A stretch of DNA of 64,000 nucleotides from Octopus sinensis (Eukaryota): the NCBI RefSeq assembly GCF_006345805.1, contig NC_043004.1, forward strand, positions 29,326,001-29,390,000, written 5' to 3'. The notes below the pieces were generated by a model. That model did no database searches and was not told the DNA's origin. It saw nothing but the letters and a program-made list of their open reading frames with translations. Of this stretch, positions 62,713-64,000 are shown piece after piece. The translations under genes were made by a program, and so were the position numbers. Position 1 is the stretch's first letter; each line of letters starts with the position of its first letter.

Positions 62713-63185
62713 AGGGAAGATATTGATATTAATAAATTAAAACCAGTGGCTTAACATATTTAAAAAATCCAAAGATTAAAAATTATATTACACACAAAAT
62801 TAAGAGGAAGACTACAAAAGTGGACTCCTAATATGCTAAATGTAGACGTCAAATCGCCTTACCACGAATGTTCTGAACAAAAATTTCAGCAAAACGCCTG
62901 GATGTAAAAATGAGCTAGGGAAATGAAAATATACCAAATAAAAAACAATTACCTACGTACCAATGGTTTCACTTGTTAAAATTTACGAATATAAATATCT
63001 GCAGGCTCATCGGCGTAGTCTGTCGCTTTCAAAACACAATTTCCAGAACTAGACAAAACTCTATATTTGGCATATTAGGTGTCCACTTTGATGGTCATTC
63101 CTCTAAATTTTGTATATAATATTTTTTATAAATATGCTAAGCCACTGGTTTTAATTGATTAATATCGATTTCTATCCTCATTATT
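62707..63185. repeat. Degenerate inverted repeat, arms about 62707-62850 and 63060-63185
   Basis: attaaaaccagtggctta / taagccactggttttaatt and aaagtggac / gtccacttt pair up. Confidence 0.7.
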
Positions 63186-63267
63186 TAATTTTTAAATAAC
63201 AATATTCTCTAACCGGTAAATTAGCTGCAGAAATTTATTAACTGCAGAGTTATTTCCGGCCTATATA

Positions 63268-63332
<65 letters not shown>

Positions 63333-63545
63333 AAGCAGAGATGGCAGAATCGTTAGTACCCTGGCTAAATATTTAGCGGCGTTTCGTCAGTCTTTACGTT
63401 CTGAGTTCAAACTCTACCGAGGTCGACTTTGCCTTTCATCCTTTCGGGATCGTTAAAATAAGTGCCAGTGAAACACGGAGGTCGATGTAATCGGCTAGTC
63501 CCCTCCCACAAAATTTCAGGTCTTGTGCCTTTACTAGAAAAGGCA
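63333..63545 (+). mobile_element. SINE family B
   Basis: Head, core and tail colinear with the other family B copies; follows (TAG)n. Confidence 0.85.
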
Positions 63546-63569
63546 TGATGTATGTGCGTATGTGTGTGC

Positions 63570-63622
<53 letters not shown>

Positions 63623-64000
63623 TGTGTGTACGTGATTGTAATTTATGCACGTCCACAAATTAGCACGCATGTCGCTTCAATTTTAGGAGGACATTCGTCA
63701 ACAACCTATCTGGGTTTTGTCAACTTATTTTCTTTCCGAGGCACCCGCGGATAGCGGCAAAATTCTATTTTCAGCCATAGCTTTTAGCCATGAAAAATAT
63801 CAGCCATAGCTTTTTGACGGCGTCTAACAAAAGAGAAATAAGATAAAGAGAAGTGGAAGAAGGAGGCAGAGAGTTTCACGGGAAAGACAAAGTGAGAGAG
63901 GGAGAGAGAGAGAGTAAGTGATGACGTTCATAAAAAATAAAATGTGAAATGTTTGGGGGTTTTTTCGCCCAAATTTGACGTCGATATTACTTAGATTGGT

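Overview
AT-rich, microsatellite-dense eukaryotic genomic DNA. It is most likely octopus or another cephalopod; this is inferred from the SINE repertoire and repeat style, not from a database hit. There are no prokaryotic, CRISPR or rRNA features. The only recognisable host gene is a partial SDR9C-type dehydrogenase (RDH16/HSD17B6/BDH1-like; three coding exons at 58183-59507). The rest is mostly retroelement-derived. (1) A near full-length R4/Dong-clade RT-RLE element (about 20087-24040, minus) is split by a 17-nt duplication and sits with related pieces in (TAA)n tracts. (2) A second RLE lineage lies in (ATAC)n tracts. (3) There are Tx1/L1 and RTE fragments, at least four tRNA-derived SINE families (A-D are my labels), a 550-bp TAA-embedded non-autonomous element (my label E), a DD37D/maT relic and a mariner MITE. 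(4) Several long inverted repeats are present. The most notable signal is a set of six hammerhead-ribozyme-like motifs. One of them (29828-29897) is a fully canonical type I hammerhead with an extended, bulged stem I, and it lies antisense within what looks like the 5' UTR of a decayed RTE LINE. All alignments and folds were done by eye.
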